From Posidoniimonas corsicana (lineage in GTDB: Bacteria; Planctomycetota; Planctomycetia; Pirellulales; Lacipirellulaceae), in the NCBI RefSeq assembly GCF_007859765.1, contig NZ_SIHJ01000001.1, forward strand, positions 1,983,311 to 2,047,310: a stretch of DNA of 64,000 nucleotides, read 5' to 3'. Of the stretch, positions 1-15,000 are shown one piece after another. A program made the position numbers and the translations under genes. The notes below the pieces were generated by a model. That model was not told the DNA's origin and did not search any database. It worked only from the letters and a program-made list of their open reading frames with translations. How positions within the stretch are numbered: position 1 is the first letter of the stretch; the number at the start of each line of letters is the position of its first letter.

Positions 1-7
1 CCGTGTC

Positions 8-3000
8 ATGTACCCGTATTCCGGCTACGACGTGTCTGTCAGCGGCGTCACGATCGCTGACGGATATGTGATTGGCGACGGCGGCGGCATCGTCAATCGG
101 GGGAACCTCACGCTTGACCGCGTGGTTCTCCGTGACAACCGCGCCGAGGAATCGAGTGGCTCGTCTGGCGGCAAAGGAGGCGCCCTCCACAACTACCTGG
201 GCGCCTTAAACGTCATCGACAGCGTAATCGAGGGCAGCAAGGCTCGGCTCGGCGCCGGCTTCTGGCTCGACATGGGCCACTCCAACACTCAGGAAGTCGT
301 GATTACCGGATCCACCTTCGTCAACAACGAGGGCGTCGATCTGCGTGACGGAACAGACTACACCGTTGGCGGCGGTTTGGTCGCCCAAAACTCCAAGAGC
401 AGGGTCCTGGTTTCCAACAGCACTTTTGTCGGAAACACGGCGAGGTACGGTGGCGCCCTCCGCTCGCACAACGGGGCAAACCTTGACATCGTTAACACTA
501 CGGTCACGGGCAACCACGCCACCGATCAGGGCGGCGGGCTCATTGGTGTGGGAAGTTCCCACGTCACCGTGCAGAACAGCATTATTGCCCAAAACACATC
601 GGGCAATGGCCTCCCAGATGTTAGCTTCCAGTCGGGCATCCTCGACCAAGCCAACAGCACCGACAACCTGATTGGCGTCAACTCTGGCAGCCAGTTTAGC
701 AGCTCCACCAACCTGACCGGCGTCGACCCGCTGCTCGGAACCCTCGGCGACCACGGCGGAGCTACCCAGACCGTGCCGCTGCTGCAGGGCAGCCCGGCTA
801 TCGACGCCGGCGACGACACGCTCGCCTCCGCGGTTGGGTTGACCACCGACCAGCGCGGCCACCTGCGTGTCATCGACCTCGGCGATGACGGCACTGCTAG
901 CAGCATCGACATCGGTGCCTTCGAGGTGCAGCCGCCGCCGATTGAGATTGTTGATTTTCGGACGGAGAACGAGCAGCTTGTAGTGGACTACATCGTGCAT
1001 GGGGTCGGGGCGCGGCCGCTTGTATTGCAACTTGCCGCTCTTCATGACGGCAGCCTGACGTCGCTCCAGACAGACATCGAGATCACTAACTCCGCACTTT
1101 GGGCGGGAGGAACAACGCACTCGTTTGCATTCACCCCCAACTTTTCAGCCGCGGGTTTAGACGAGGATTACAGTCTCTCTGTGGGGGTTGCCTACACAGC
1201 CGAGACGCTAACTAATTCTGACGCCAAATTGCTCGTTTCGGGACTGTTTGTGGAACTAGACGGCACAGTCCACTTGCACGGCAGTGACTTAGACGAGCAA
1301 GTAACAGTGACGTCCACCCAGATCAGCAGCCCGGGGTTACTGACCAGCCCCTATTCCTACACGGCGGGCAACGCTGTGGAGATTCGAACAGGCGGGGGCA
1401 ATGACTCGATTGCGTTCGTAGCTCTCGGAACTGCTTCGGTCAGAGGATTTGGCGGCGCCGGCGACGACACGCTCTCGGCGACGCAAAGTTCCCAAGCGTT
1501 ATTAGATGGAAACGATGGGCAGGACAACCTAGCTGCTGAAAGCACCACTGAACCGCTAAGAGGCGGGATGGGGAATGACGTTATTGAGATATCTGGAAGT
1601 GGAACGGTCCAAGGCAGCTACGGGAGCGACACCTACCGTTTTCTTGCTAACGGTGCGCAGGCATTAGGCTCTGTCACTATTGTCGAGCCGATCGTGACAC
1701 TGGATGTTGCCGATGCCGGTCGGTTCGCAGGCGTCGACACGCTGGATTTCTCTCAGCTCCACTACAACGGCACTGGCGTAAATGTCAACCTAGCCAATAC
1801 CGCGAGTTCCCAAAACGTCTTCGATAATTCGAACTACCTGAGTGTATGGCTGAACGGGGGCGGGGTTGAGAGTATCATCGGCACTGATTACACCGACGCA
1901 CTTGTCGGTGATAGCGGGGCAAACCGACTCGACGGTCGGGGTGGAATAAATTTCTTAACCGGCGGTGGAGGCAACGACACCTACTCACTGAGCAATCAGC
2001 ATAGCGGCGCCAATTACTATTTCATCAGCGACGATGGAGGCTTCGACTTTCTGGACTTCAGCGACTGGACGGGAGAGCTCTACGACTTCGCCTCCAATCC
2101 ATCCTTCGCGCAGCTCGACGCTTCTGGCAACCGGTTCATTGACTTGCAGGATGAGTACTCCATCGAGGCAATCGTCGGTCTCGACAACGTCGATGTCCAA
2201 GGCGATGAACCGCATCTTACCGGCTTCGGAGAGCAGCTTCTCGTCAACTCTTTGGGAGACGTATCGACTACTGCGCCGCAGGAAGCTCCTCCAATTGTGG
2301 CGGGAAGCCTCACGCTACGAGAAGCGATCGAGATCGCAAACGCTGATGCGGGTCCCAACACGATCGTCTTCGACAAGTCGGTTCTTGCTGCGAGCAGCGG
2401 CGTCTTGGAGCTTCTCCCGGGCAGCGACGCGCTGGCAGTTTACGACGGCAACACCACGATCACTGGTCCCGGAGAGGATCAACTGAGGATCCTCCGTAAA
2501 CAAGACGGGCGGCATTTTGAGGTAGGTGGCGGCGCCGCCTCAACCGAGATTCTTGGGCTGACGCTGAGCGGCGGCGGCGCAAGCGATGGCGGCTCAATCC
2601 TCGTAGGAGGGCAACTGGCATTGGACGCTGTGCAGTTGGCTGGCAACGAAGCCGAACGTGGCGGAGCCGCCTATATTGCGAGCAGCGGCGAGTTGCAGTA
2701 CATCAACGGCGTTCTTGCCGATAACTACGCATCAATCGATGGAGGCGCCATCTGGAGCGAGGGTGCGCTTGTGCTCGATAGTACTGACGTAGTCGAAAAC
2801 ACTGCGGAGGGCGTTGGCGGTGGAATCTACAGCAAAGGAATGGTTGCCGGTGTGGATTCCGTAATTGCCTACAACGATTCCTACCATGCAGGTGGAATCT
2901 ACCAAGAGAGCGGCTTGATCGACCTGACGGCGTCAGAAGTTATCAGCAACAGGGCTACTGGGACTTACGGCACAAGTGGAGGCATCAACCTCTTCAACGT

Positions 3001-6000
3001 AAACCGGGCCATGCTCAAGGGAACTCGCATTTCTAACAATGAGAGTAACTTTAGCCGCGGTGGCCTCGGATTCGTTGTTAGCCTCGGTTTTAGCAGCGTG
3101 CTCGATATCTCTGACACTGAGATAAGCGGAAACTTTGCGCCACATGTTTCGGGAGGAGTAGGCATTGAAGCCTACGGTCGAGTTGAGGCAGATATCTCAA
3201 ATACAACTGTATCTGGCAACCGTAGCGACGATGGACCAGCGGGCATCCGGTTTAGTGGTTTCGATGGCGACTTGCTGTTGACGAATGTGACGATCGCGTA
3301 CAACGAATCGTCGAGTGCAGCCTCTGTAGGCGGGCTTGCAGTCGGAACAACCGTGGGTGGCGCAACGCTGTACAGTACGATTGTTGTCGAAAATACCTCA
3401 GGAGGAGTTAACAGCAATTTTTCAGGCGGAATGAGTTCCAGCAGCGGTTACAACCTCTTTGGTGCCGACGTGCAAAGCCTGAATTCAACAGACCTGAGCA
3501 CGTCTTTCCCCGGCCTTCTGCCGCTAGACTACTATGGCGGGGCAACGCAGACCCACGCACTCGAACCGAGCAGCGTTGCGATTGACCATGCTGACGATCT
3601 GATCGCTCCGCCTGCTGACCAGCGTGGTGCAGCCCGCCCCGCCAATGGCGACGGGGATGGCGCAGCGACAGCCGATATCGGCGCGTATGAGCGCTACTCT
3701 TCGGGCGTCACTGCTTTTGGCGAATCGTTCATAGCGTATGATCGTCGGAGTGGTCCGCAGGTCATTGATTCCACTGTCACACTGGTCAATGCCGACGAAG
3801 CTCTTGTCTACGCGGCATCGATCGAACTGCTTGACACTTTGGATGGATTTGTGAGCGAGGTGTTAGAAGTAGAGACGCCATCAGGCGTGTCTGCCGCCTA
3901 CACTGGCGGCGTGTTGACGCTCACAGGGGTGGCAACTGCTTCGGAGTATCAGCAGGCACTGCGATCCGTTTCGTATGCCAACTACTCTGCAGCACCAACT
4001 GACGGGTTGCGTCGAGTCCGGTACAGCATCAACGACGGCTTGCAGAGCTACACGTCAAATAGCATACGGATTGGTGTCGGGCTCAGCGGAGCGGTGACGC
4101 TGATTCCGATTGCGGACGCCCATTGGGGCTTCGGCGACACCGCTAGCGGTGACGATCCTGAGTTCACGCTCGATGGCGGAGCCGGCGAAGCCTTCCTGAG
4201 GTTCCACCTTGATCAGCCGCAGCCGGAAACATCGGGGTTAACTGGCAAGATCAGGGTCTGGGTTGAGGTTCCGGGAGGCGGAACGGGCACTGTGAGCCTG
4301 TACCGCGTCGATGATGATAGCTGGGGGGAGAGTGGAATTAATTCTTCCAGCCATCCGACAAAAATCGGTGGGGCGATCCAGACGCTCACCGGGCTGACGA
4401 CGGGATACGTTGAGTTCGACGTGTCCCAGTACTTGATTGACTCCTTGGATGCTGCGGATGACGAGGTTTCGTTTGCGCTCGTCGCCGACAACACAACAGG
4501 ATCGGCCCCAGTCTTGGTGTCAGCTAGAGAATCGAGCCATCCGGACTACCGGCCTCGCCTGATGATGGAGGGGCACTTCTACAACAACCAAGCCCCATCG
4601 ACCAAGAACGCCGACGTCGTTGGCGATTGGTATCAAGGCCTGATCCCTGGAAAGGTCTTCCAACCAACCTCAAAGGAAGGCGTGCTGGCGAACGACTCGG
4701 ATCCTGATGGAAGCGACATTGTGCTCTCGGTCGAGCTAGTGGATGGCCCGCGTTTTGGTTCGCTCTACCTGGCGCCGAATGGGTGGTTCTCCTTCCGGCC
4801 ACCTAAGGGCGTGAGCGGCCCGGTGAGCTTCACCTACCGCGTCTCGGATGGCCTGGAGTGGAGCGAGCCTCAAACCGTCAAGCTTCAGGTCGAGAAGTCT
4901 CAGCTATTCTACTTGCCTGGGATCGCATCACTGAGTGAGTTTGAGGACGCGGAGGTAATCTCCGCCTACGTCGATCTGTTTGTTCACCACTCTCATCCGA
5001 AGGTCTCTGGAGCGGGCGACGATTACCTGGATGAGTACGGGCCACTTGGCTCCCCACGGATTATGGCCGGGATTAACGTCGGGGAACTCTCTGAAGAAAT
5101 GAAGCGTAATCAGGTTGGCCCCCACAACTTCTACTTCTTCCCAGTCATTACAGCGTACCGAAGAGTTGATGTTACCGCCGATGTTAAGCACTACCTGGCG
5201 GATCCAAGTGCTACCCACTCATTTCACGTTGAATCGTGGGGCGTGGAGTACTGGGGCACCGAAGCTGATGACTTTTTGGAGCTTTCGGAGGGCCTAAACA
5301 GCCCGATAAGCTATGGAGGCCTTGTGAGCCAGCCGGTAGCTTTTTACCCGGCTGACGTAAGCTGGGAGCAAAAGCCCGGACGTAGTGAATGGCTTGAAGC
5401 CAACTCGCATGTCCTCTCAAAGGTTGGCGTGGGCGGAAACGTCTTGGTTGTCGAGGCGATTGTGCCTCGTGACCTCACCGACCCGGACGCCAATCACGAT
5501 CCTTGGTTCACCTCCGAGCGTCCCACGACGATCGCCGTCGGCGAAACACTCGAGTACGTCATGACAGCGACGGACCTCGACCCAGACACCCTGACGTTTT
5601 CGCTGCCGACCGACAAGATGGAGTGGCCAGAAGGGTACGACCCCGTGGCGGCCGGCGTACTGCCAGCATTCTCACAAAACTCGTTCGACCCGGGAGACGA
5701 GAAGGCGAAGGTTACCTGGACGGCGCCAGCCGAGCTGGCCGGAGAGGAAGTGGTATTCTACGAGTACGTCTACGACGGCGAGGGCGGTTGGGACTGGCGG
5801 GACATCCGAGTTAAGGTCATTGGGGAGAATGCGCCCCCGATGGTGACGGCCGACCCGGACGAAAACTACAACATCCCGCCGGACGTCACCCTGCCTCCCA
5901 GTGACGCCAACGTCGGCTCCGCGGAGACGCTCGACCTCGAACTCGACCCAGGCGAACAAGTGACCAAGGAGGTCTGGGTGACAACGACGGCATCCGGGGT

Positions 6001-9000
6001 CGAATCGAAGATTGTGTTCGCGCTGGACGCTACGGGGTCGATGACAGAAGGCTTTAACTGGCTGCAAGACAACCTTTCCGTAATCGATGCCGAGCTGGCC
6101 GACGCAGGGGTGGGGGCAAGGAACTACGGTCTGGTCACTTTTGCGGGAACGGTCAACAAGCACACCAATCCCGCCGTCGGTGTGGATTGGTTCAACGCCG
6201 ATGCGTTGAGCACCTACCTCGCCGACGCTGAGAATTCGGCCGGTACTGAAAATATCCCCGAGCACACTCACAGCCTTGGAAGTGAGGAGCTCTACGCTGG
6301 TCCGTATTACTCGGAACCAGGGTACTCGGCGATCGATTGGATCGTGTCCGACCCGGACTCCCTCTATAGCTGGGATCTCAACTCCGAAACGACTTCCTCT
6401 CAGATCATTCTCATCTCTGATGAGGAAGAGACCAGCTTCGCTATTGGGCAAGACGACTTCTTGCAGGCCCGAACTGCGGAGCGGGAGCGTCTGCTGGGAA
6501 TCTTGCAAAACAACCCCGACGACCCCACTGACGACATTCTCCTCACCTCAATCGTCGCGGCGGGCGTGACCGCCGAACCTACACACGAGTCAACACCCGG
6601 ATTCATTACTCTTTTGGGCGAATGGAGTCGAGGTGCGGGCGGGCTTGTAGGACAAGGCGCGGGAGGAACGGACTGGGCGTTTACGGTAGTTGACGCCGAC
6701 GCCGACAACAAACAGTACGGTCCTCAAGCGCTCAACGCCAAAATCAACATCTCGACGGATTTTGGTGAGTCCGGGACGAATGTCTTGCTGGCGTTCGATT
6801 ACGACCCGGCGTCACAGCAGTTCAAGTACCTGTCGCTCAGCGAGCCTACTCCTGGTGAAGCAGAATTTGAGATTGGGGTCGCTACGGTTGATTTGACAGG
6901 TCAGAAGGTGGACCTCACGCCGCGCTACACGAGCCCGCTAAACAGCGGCGTGGCACCCGGGGCCCACGACGTGACAGTCACTTTCCGGCGGGTCAGCGAC
7001 TCCACCTGGGCCGACGGCGCAGCGGGCCCTATCGTCGTATCGATTGATGGAGAGATATTCCTCGATGAATCAACCCTCGATCCGGCCATTCAGCCCTTGT
7101 TTGGCGCCAACGATGTACTGGATGGGTTTGTTGGAATCGGCGTTCTCGGCGCCGAAGTGTTAGTTGAGGAGTTTGCGCTGCTTGGGACCCGCGATGGCCC
7201 CCGCCACAATCCAGTATCGACCAGCCGGTATTTTGATTTCACTCCGGGCGGCGTTTCTTCTCCGGCGCTTGGTTTTGACCCATCGGGAGTAGCGTATTAC
7301 GCCGGGGTGGACGGTCAGGTTGAGGTCGGGCAGAACCCTTCCGTCGAGTGGTCCGTTAGCGGGGAAACGGCCGCCGCTGATTATTCTTCGGACGCCGAAA
7401 CCGACTATGTAAACCTGTCCCTCCAGTCTGGTGGTTCCGTCTGGGACTACAGCATCCTTCGCAGTAACACCTCCGAGGATGACCTGGGCATGTGGGGAGA
7501 GTCGTTCGCGAACGCGTTTGTTCACACCGTCTTAGAGCAAGTGCAGCAGAATACGAATGGCATCTTCATTACCGCGCCTGAATCGGATGGTTCGCTGGTC
7601 GAGTGGTCCTACAAAGAGCTCATTGATAACGGCGTGGCCCCTCCGACATACGTTTTTGACGTTACGCTGCAGGGAGTAAGCGACTCGCGAGTATTCGACC
7701 TCGAATTTCACCGGCACTCCGATACGGGTCCCATCGGCGCGATTCCCGTCGCGATCACAACGCCTTACTTCGTCGACTTTGAGGCGGTCGACCCCGATGG
7801 CCCTGGCCCCTACACATTCTCGTTTGTGCCAGGGGCCAGCGACCATGGAGCAAGGCTAGAGAGTTCAGGGAAAGATGGCTACATCAACGACCGTCTGGTG
7901 TGGGAAAGCAAGCCTGCCGACGGGGTCTACGAGTTCTTTGTAACGGTGAAGGATGGCCTGGGAGTGTCCGCCCAGACGGCGCTCAAGCCATTCCGGTGGA
8001 CAGTTACCGTAGACTCTGCGCCCCAAAACCTCCACCGCCCGGTAGTCCGCTCCATCTCGCCGAATGGCGGTCAAGACCTGCTGCAGCCAATCACTGTGAG
8101 TGAACGTCGCGGGGTCACTTTCCACGTCGATGCGACCGACGCCGACGACGACACGCCCCGCTACTACTTGGCCGACGACGCGCCGGCAGGTATGAAGATC
8201 GATCGGAACAGCGGCGACATCCGCTGGATTCCGACAAGAGCCGCCGCCGAGGCGGGATCGGTCACATTCACCGTCGCCGTCACGGACGGTAATCTGATTG
8301 AGGAAGACGGCGCGTACGTTACTTCGCGCACGGAGCATACCTTTACGCTTTATGTGGAACCGCTCGACTTTGGCAATCGCACGCCGTCGCTGGGAGCCAT
8401 CGAAGACCGTGTGATCCGGGCAGGCGACAGCTTGGTGATGGACACGGACAAGATCAAATGGACGGATCTCGATGGTGACACGCCACGCTTCACGAAGATT
8501 GAAGGCCCGGACGACCTGATTGTTGACGGCGAAAGCGGCGCCGTCTTTTGGGCGACGGACGAGACAGACGCCGGTGAGTTCGGCGAAAGCTACGATGTCA
8601 CGATCGGGATCGACGACGGAAACGAAGGGCACGCCCAGCGGACCTTCAACGTAGTAGTCCGTCCGGCCAATTCTGCTCCGTCACTACTCCTGCCCGAAAC
8701 ATGGGTCCTCTATGGCCCCACGGGAATCGAGCTGCCCTTCGTGGCTTGGGACAAGGACGGAGAGACCATCGACGTCCAGATCATTTCCCGGCCAGACTGG
8801 GTCAACCAAGATCTCAGCTTTTCGGAGGGCGTCTACAAGATACAGTCCGACCTTGGCTCCATCGGAACCGCATCCAGCAACGATGTGATCGTCATCCAGG
8901 CGGCCGATGGGCTCGAAACTGTCACGAAAAGCGTCCGCGTCAACGCGGGCCTCGTCACCGACTCCCCGCCTATCTTCATTGGCAAAGACAGAATTGTACG

Positions 9001-12000
9001 CCCATCGCACAGGTCCCTGGAGTACTCCTTCGACGTCCTCGCGAAGAGCCCGTTGCAGGCGGGCGACGTGATGCTCGACGCAGAGGCTCGGGCATTGGGG
9101 ATGTCACTGGTATTCTCGCAGGATTCGCCGACCTACGACGCCAGCCTAGGTGGGTACCTGTACTCAGGGTTCAAGGTCCTGTGGACTTCTGAGCAGGAAG
9201 GATCGTTCGACCTTACACTCACCGCCAATGACGCCAGTGGAGATGGGAGCCATAAAGACGTCTCAATCTCGGTAGGACCGGCAGTGAACCTTGGCGTCCC
9301 TCCGACGCTGGCCAATCTTTCGGTAACCGGTCCGGTCGCGGGAGAGATGTGGAACTGGCAGGTCGAGGGGGATGACCCGGACGGCAACAACAACAACATC
9401 TCGTTCCGGATTGTAAACGCCCCATCGGGAACCACCGTCAAGGACCCGGGACTGCTGGACGAAGAGGGGTGGGCAGGGATTCAGAACGGCTACGTCTCAT
9501 GGAGTCCCAGCGCCGAAATTGATCGAACCGTGCCCTATCGTGTCGTGATTGAGTTGATCGATGAGGACGGCGATATCACTCGCTACACGCTGGACGTGAT
9601 CGTTGCCCCCAGCGGCAACAGCGTGGGGGACGTATTTCCCGCTAAGCCCAGCACGCCTCCCGATAACGAAGGCCCCGATGTCCTGACGGATCTTTCCGGC
9701 CCCTACTATGTCGGCCAGAAATTTGATGTCTGGTTGCTGGCCGAAGATGAGAACAGCGACAACTTTACTTTTGCCCTGGACCCCACAACAACGTCGGCGA
9801 ACCTTGGAATCACCTCCGAGGACCTATCGCCCGAAGGGCGGCTCCTGTGGACGCCGACAGCGGCGGAAGGGAGCGCCTCACTAGGGATCACCGTCACGGA
9901 CGAATTCGGCGCGGCCAGAACGACCGTCTTCAAGTTTGACGTGCATGGCGCGCCGCCGATCTCGCCAACCTTCACGAATTTTACGGTTCCGGACATCGTC
10001 AGCGAGGGAATGCCCTGGACGCACCGCATCACGATCACCGACGACAACCCGGCAGCGCTGGAGGTGTCGCTATCTCCTGAAATGGCCGCCGCTGGAATCG
10101 AGTTGGTGCCGCCGGGAGAGGCGAACGACGCCCTGAATTCGATCGCGAACCGCGGGGAAAACGATTGGTACCTCGTGTGGGACGCCCCCGGCCCTGTCGG
10201 GCGGCAGGTGTACATCGACGTGGCTGTGGTGGATCGCCAGGCAGGCAAGCAGGTGAACTACAAGTTCAAGGACTTCTCCACGGGCCTTGAGGTGCCGCTA
10301 ACGGTCTACGCGCAGAATGACCCGTTGGGGGCAAATTCATCGCGAACGCTGACCATCCCGGCGTTGCGTGAGTTCCGTTACAACCTCGTCTTCCCGGAGG
10401 CGCTTGCGAGCCGCCTCTCCTTCGAACTCACGAGTTCACTAACCTACAGCGATCCGTTCCCCGAGGAGATCCGGATAGAGGGGAGTCAGATTGTCTGGGC
10501 TCCCTCCGGTCATCCAGATTGGTTCGACTATGAAGCAGTCTCGGGGCAGGCGCCTGCGTCGCAGTTGTTCAGCTTCGACTTGCAGGCCACCGATTCTGAG
10601 GGGGAGTACGGGCCTTTTGTCGCTGCATTTTCGCTTACTGTTGTGCCGCCCGACGGGTCGGCTGTAGCGCCGCCTGAGATCGAGCGTGCAACCCCGCCGC
10701 CTGCAATAGCCCCCGCCGGAAGCCTGTGGGCATTTGCACCCGCGAAAGTCGCCAACGCGAGCCAACTAGTGGATCCCAGCTGGTCGTTAGATGTCGCTCC
10801 AGCAGGAGTGATCTTCAACGAGGAAACTGGTGAGATAAAGTGGACGCCCGACGAGTCTCAGATTGGCGAAAAGTCCAAGTTCACACTGCGTCTTGAAGAC
10901 GTGATCGGCAATGCTGACGTGCTGACGTTCACCGTCGACGTCACCGCAGAGAACCGCAAGCCAATCATGGGAGGCGTGCTGCCCCAGGCTTGGCCCGATG
11001 GCTCCGCGATGGTCATCCCGCTATTGCTCCGCGACCCCGAGGGCCGATCGATTACGGCGGAGATCCTCGAGGACGGCGGAAGCGGCGCTCAGATTAGTGG
11101 CGGCGACACATTCGAGTGGGCCAGCCCGGCTCACCATGTCAAACCGTATTTGCTTACAATTCGGGTCTTCGAGGACGAAAATCCGCACGTCTACTCCGAC
11201 TACGACTTTGAAGTATCGGTCTCCGATAGCTTCGCGGGGAATATCTCCCCCACCATCCAAGGCAGCCCGGAGGGAACCCCGGCGTTCATCGGCGCCGCAA
11301 TCGACACCTATACGTTCACCGTCATCGACCCAGATGGCGGGTCGGGCTCGTACTTCAACGTCGAAAAAGTCAACGGGCAAGACTATCTCGGCGGCGCCGG
11401 CCAGGCTCACGAGCACGTACAAATTATCACGACGCCAGGAGGAACCGGCGAGTTCAATTGGACGCCCCAAGAAGGCGAGGAGGGGTCCAACTCGTTCCAG
11501 ATATCCTACTTTGATGGCTCCGACAGGGTTTACCGCACCTTCCACCTCGTCGCCGAAGCGAACGATGCTCCCGAGATCATCGCTCCTTCTCAGCTAGAAA
11601 TCACTGAGGGAGTGGAGCTAGTCTACGACTTCACAGCGACGGACCCAGAGGGAGGGCCGGTTTACTACGATTTTGGTGCGAACCAGCCAGCAGGGATGAC
11701 CATCGACCGCGAGTCGGGCCTCCTGCGTTGGAAGGCGCCCGCTCACAGCGGAACTTCGGCCGACACAAAGCAGGTAGACCTGATCCTCCGAGACAAGCAT
11801 GGGCGTGAATCGCAGTACACGTTCGATGTGGTTGTGGAAGCCGACACCGTCGCGCCGTCAATTAATTTCTACATCGAGGATACTTCTACCGGAAAAACCG
11901 TCCAACCAGGCGGCACAATCGACGCCAACCGCTCATCCGACTACAAGCTTTGGTTCGACATCCGAGACAACGTTGATCCGCTCTCAGATGTGCCATGGGT

Positions 12001-15000
12001 ATTGAAGCTGGAGGACTCGTCGACGCTCAACGAAACGGGGACGCTCCCAGTGTATCTGGACGATACAGCCGGCGGGTTGATCAGCACCTCCTTCACGTCG
12101 GGGCTGAACCAGGGATTGCTGCAGTTCACCTTTACCGCGAAGGACAAGGCTGGCGCCACTGGGGCGAATGAGGCCCAGCAGACCTTCACTTACTACGTGG
12201 ATGACCCGACGAACGGTCGAGTCGGTAAGATCACCAGCATTATTGACGAGGCGATCACTGAGCGGACCGAGATATTTGGCATCGCGGACTATGAAGACGC
12301 TAACGGCGTGGGAAGCTACAGCGTCAAGCTGACGTCCCTCGACGATCCGGACGATTTTGTTTGGATCGAGAAAGACAAGGTCGCCAACGTGCCCGCGGTA
12401 TTCACCGAATCGGAGAACCCCGGCGGCTTCCTCGCAGCGATCGACCCAACGCTGATCCGCTCGGGGCACTATCGGCTGTACCTCGAAGTCAAATGCAGCC
12501 AGGATTGCATCCAGGCGATCGACGAGCGTATCATCGAGATCCGCAATGATTCGCGACTGGGCAACCTGGAGCTATCATTCACAGACCTCCAGACCACTCT
12601 CGGAGGTGTGCCGGTATCGCTCGTCCGCAGCTATAGCTCGGCGTTGGCTGGTGAGGACACCTCTGCAATCGCCGGTCATTTCGGTCCCGGGTGGATGCTC
12701 AACATCCTTGAAGCGGGCGTTTCGGTGTCTCACCCGCGTCAGGTCACACAGGCATTGTCCCACCCGCTGGCGGCCGACTCACGGATTCTAGTAGAGCTCC
12801 CGGACGGTTCTATCCAGCGGTTCACTTTCTCACCTACCGCCCTCGCGGGAGGCTCATTCCTGCCGGCTTTCAAGCCCGATTCCGACACGACGGGCTCGCT
12901 GGGACTCGTCGGGCAAGATGAGTTGCGGCTGCGACTATCTCCGAATCGCAACGACGGCGTTTATCAGGAGTCCGTTTCAGGCGGCTTATTCACGCTTGGG
13001 AGCTTCGCCAACTCGCTTACGCTAACGACGCGGAGCGGGGTCCGCTATCTCTACGATGCGACGTTGGGCCAACTCACAGCTATTGTAGACGCTAACGGGC
13101 GGGCCGTCTCGATTGACCGCGCACTCGACTCAAGCGGCCTCCTCTCTCAAGTCGACGTTGTCTCGCTTAAGAATCCAAGCAACTCCGTTGTCGTCCATTT
13201 CAGCGACGACGGAAGCGGCGGGAAACGGATCACAAGCATCGTTGATCCCGACGGTCAATCGATCAGCTACGACTACGGCGAATACAACCAATCCGGGACC
13301 CTGGTCGATGGCTCGTTTGACGGGCTCGGCAAGGTGACCAATCGCGTCGACGACCCCACCGTCTACCGGTACGAAAGTGACCAGTTCGCCCATCACCTGA
13401 CCACGATTGTCAATGCCGATGGCGTGCCAGCCGTGACCGCCGTCTACTACTACAAAGGGGACGACCTCACCTCACCCCCGGAGCAATGGGGACGCCTGCG
13501 GTCCGTCACGGACGCTGGGCAACAGAATGCGGAGGCCGCGTTCACGCTGGAGGTCCGCCCCGGCCTAACGCTCACCACCACCACACAAGACGGGCAGCAG
13601 GTGGAAGAGGTCCGCAACAGCCGCGGCGATCTCAAGCGGCAGATCCTGCGGCTCACGCCCGATTCGGCGACCGACCACAAGTACCTGGTCACCGTTTTCA
13701 AGCATGACAACCAGGGCCGCGTGACGCAGCAGAGCACGCCCATCGTCATCGACACGGCGCTCCCTGAGTGGGACGCCGACGACCGAATCGACTACCTGCT
13801 GCCGTCACCGGAAGACGACCTGTCCGCATGGCAGTCCCTCACCGAGTACGATTCCGAGGGCCGTGTCAAGAGCACAACCGACGCGACGGGCGCGGTGACC
13901 AAGTATGAGTACGACGACGCTGATCGCCCAATCAAGACCACCGGGCCGGACCTCGTCGAGACCCACAACGTTTACGACCCCTACACCGGCAACCTGCGAG
14001 AAACCTACGCCTACGATCCGGAAACCGATAGGCGATTTAACCACTCCCGCTTCGAGTACAGCTACGGCCGGGTGACCGCCACGTACCAGGTCGACGGAGA
14101 CCAAGAAAAGCTCGTCTCGCGAACCAGCTATGGCGATGACGGACAAGTCGAGTGGACCGAAGATGCTAGCGGCGTCCGGCGCTACTTCGGGTACGACAAC
14201 GTCGGCAACCAGACGCACTCTTGGTCGAGCTGGACCAACGGGACCGAAAGCTACGCGGTTGTCTCGGTGACCGATTACGATTCGGAGGGCCGTGTTGTAG
14301 CGACCCACGAGCACGAACTCACGTCGCAGCACACCGACTTCGGTTCGCTGCCAACGCTTACCGTCGCAAACGCCCCGTGGTCAACGTTCACCACCTACGT
14401 GAACGGCCGCGTGGACCATACTACCGACCGCTACGGCGCAGAAACCCACTACCTCTACGATATCCGCGGTCAGGTTGTTGAGACCCGCTCCACGGCGCGG
14501 AATGAGAACGCTGTTGATGGTTGGCTCGTCACCCGCACCCTGTACGACGAGCAGGGCCGCGTCACTTTCGTGACCGATCCGTACTTCATTGCCGACCCCA
14601 CTGGAGTTTATGACGCCACGACCTCCAGCCTTGCCTGGTTCGGCACACGCACCACCTACGACCACCTTGGACGCACCGAGAAGACCGAACGTTGGGAAAA
14701 TGTACCGGTGGTGGTCAGCGACGTTGATGGACACCTAACGACATCGCCCTCGTTCAATTTCGCCTCTGGAACGCCACTCTCAACCAGCTCCACCACCTAC
14801 AACGACCTCGGCCAGGTAGAGCACACAGAGAGCGAATCGAATGCCCGTACCGACTACTACTACGACAACGCGGGCCGGCAGGTCGCCGTGCTCGGGCCGG
14901 AGGCCCTGGTGGACGGTGTCGCGACTCGCCACCTGACAATCAGCGTCTTCGACATTGCCGGCCGGCTCAAGCGGTCCGTCGCCAACGTCGCGGTCACCGG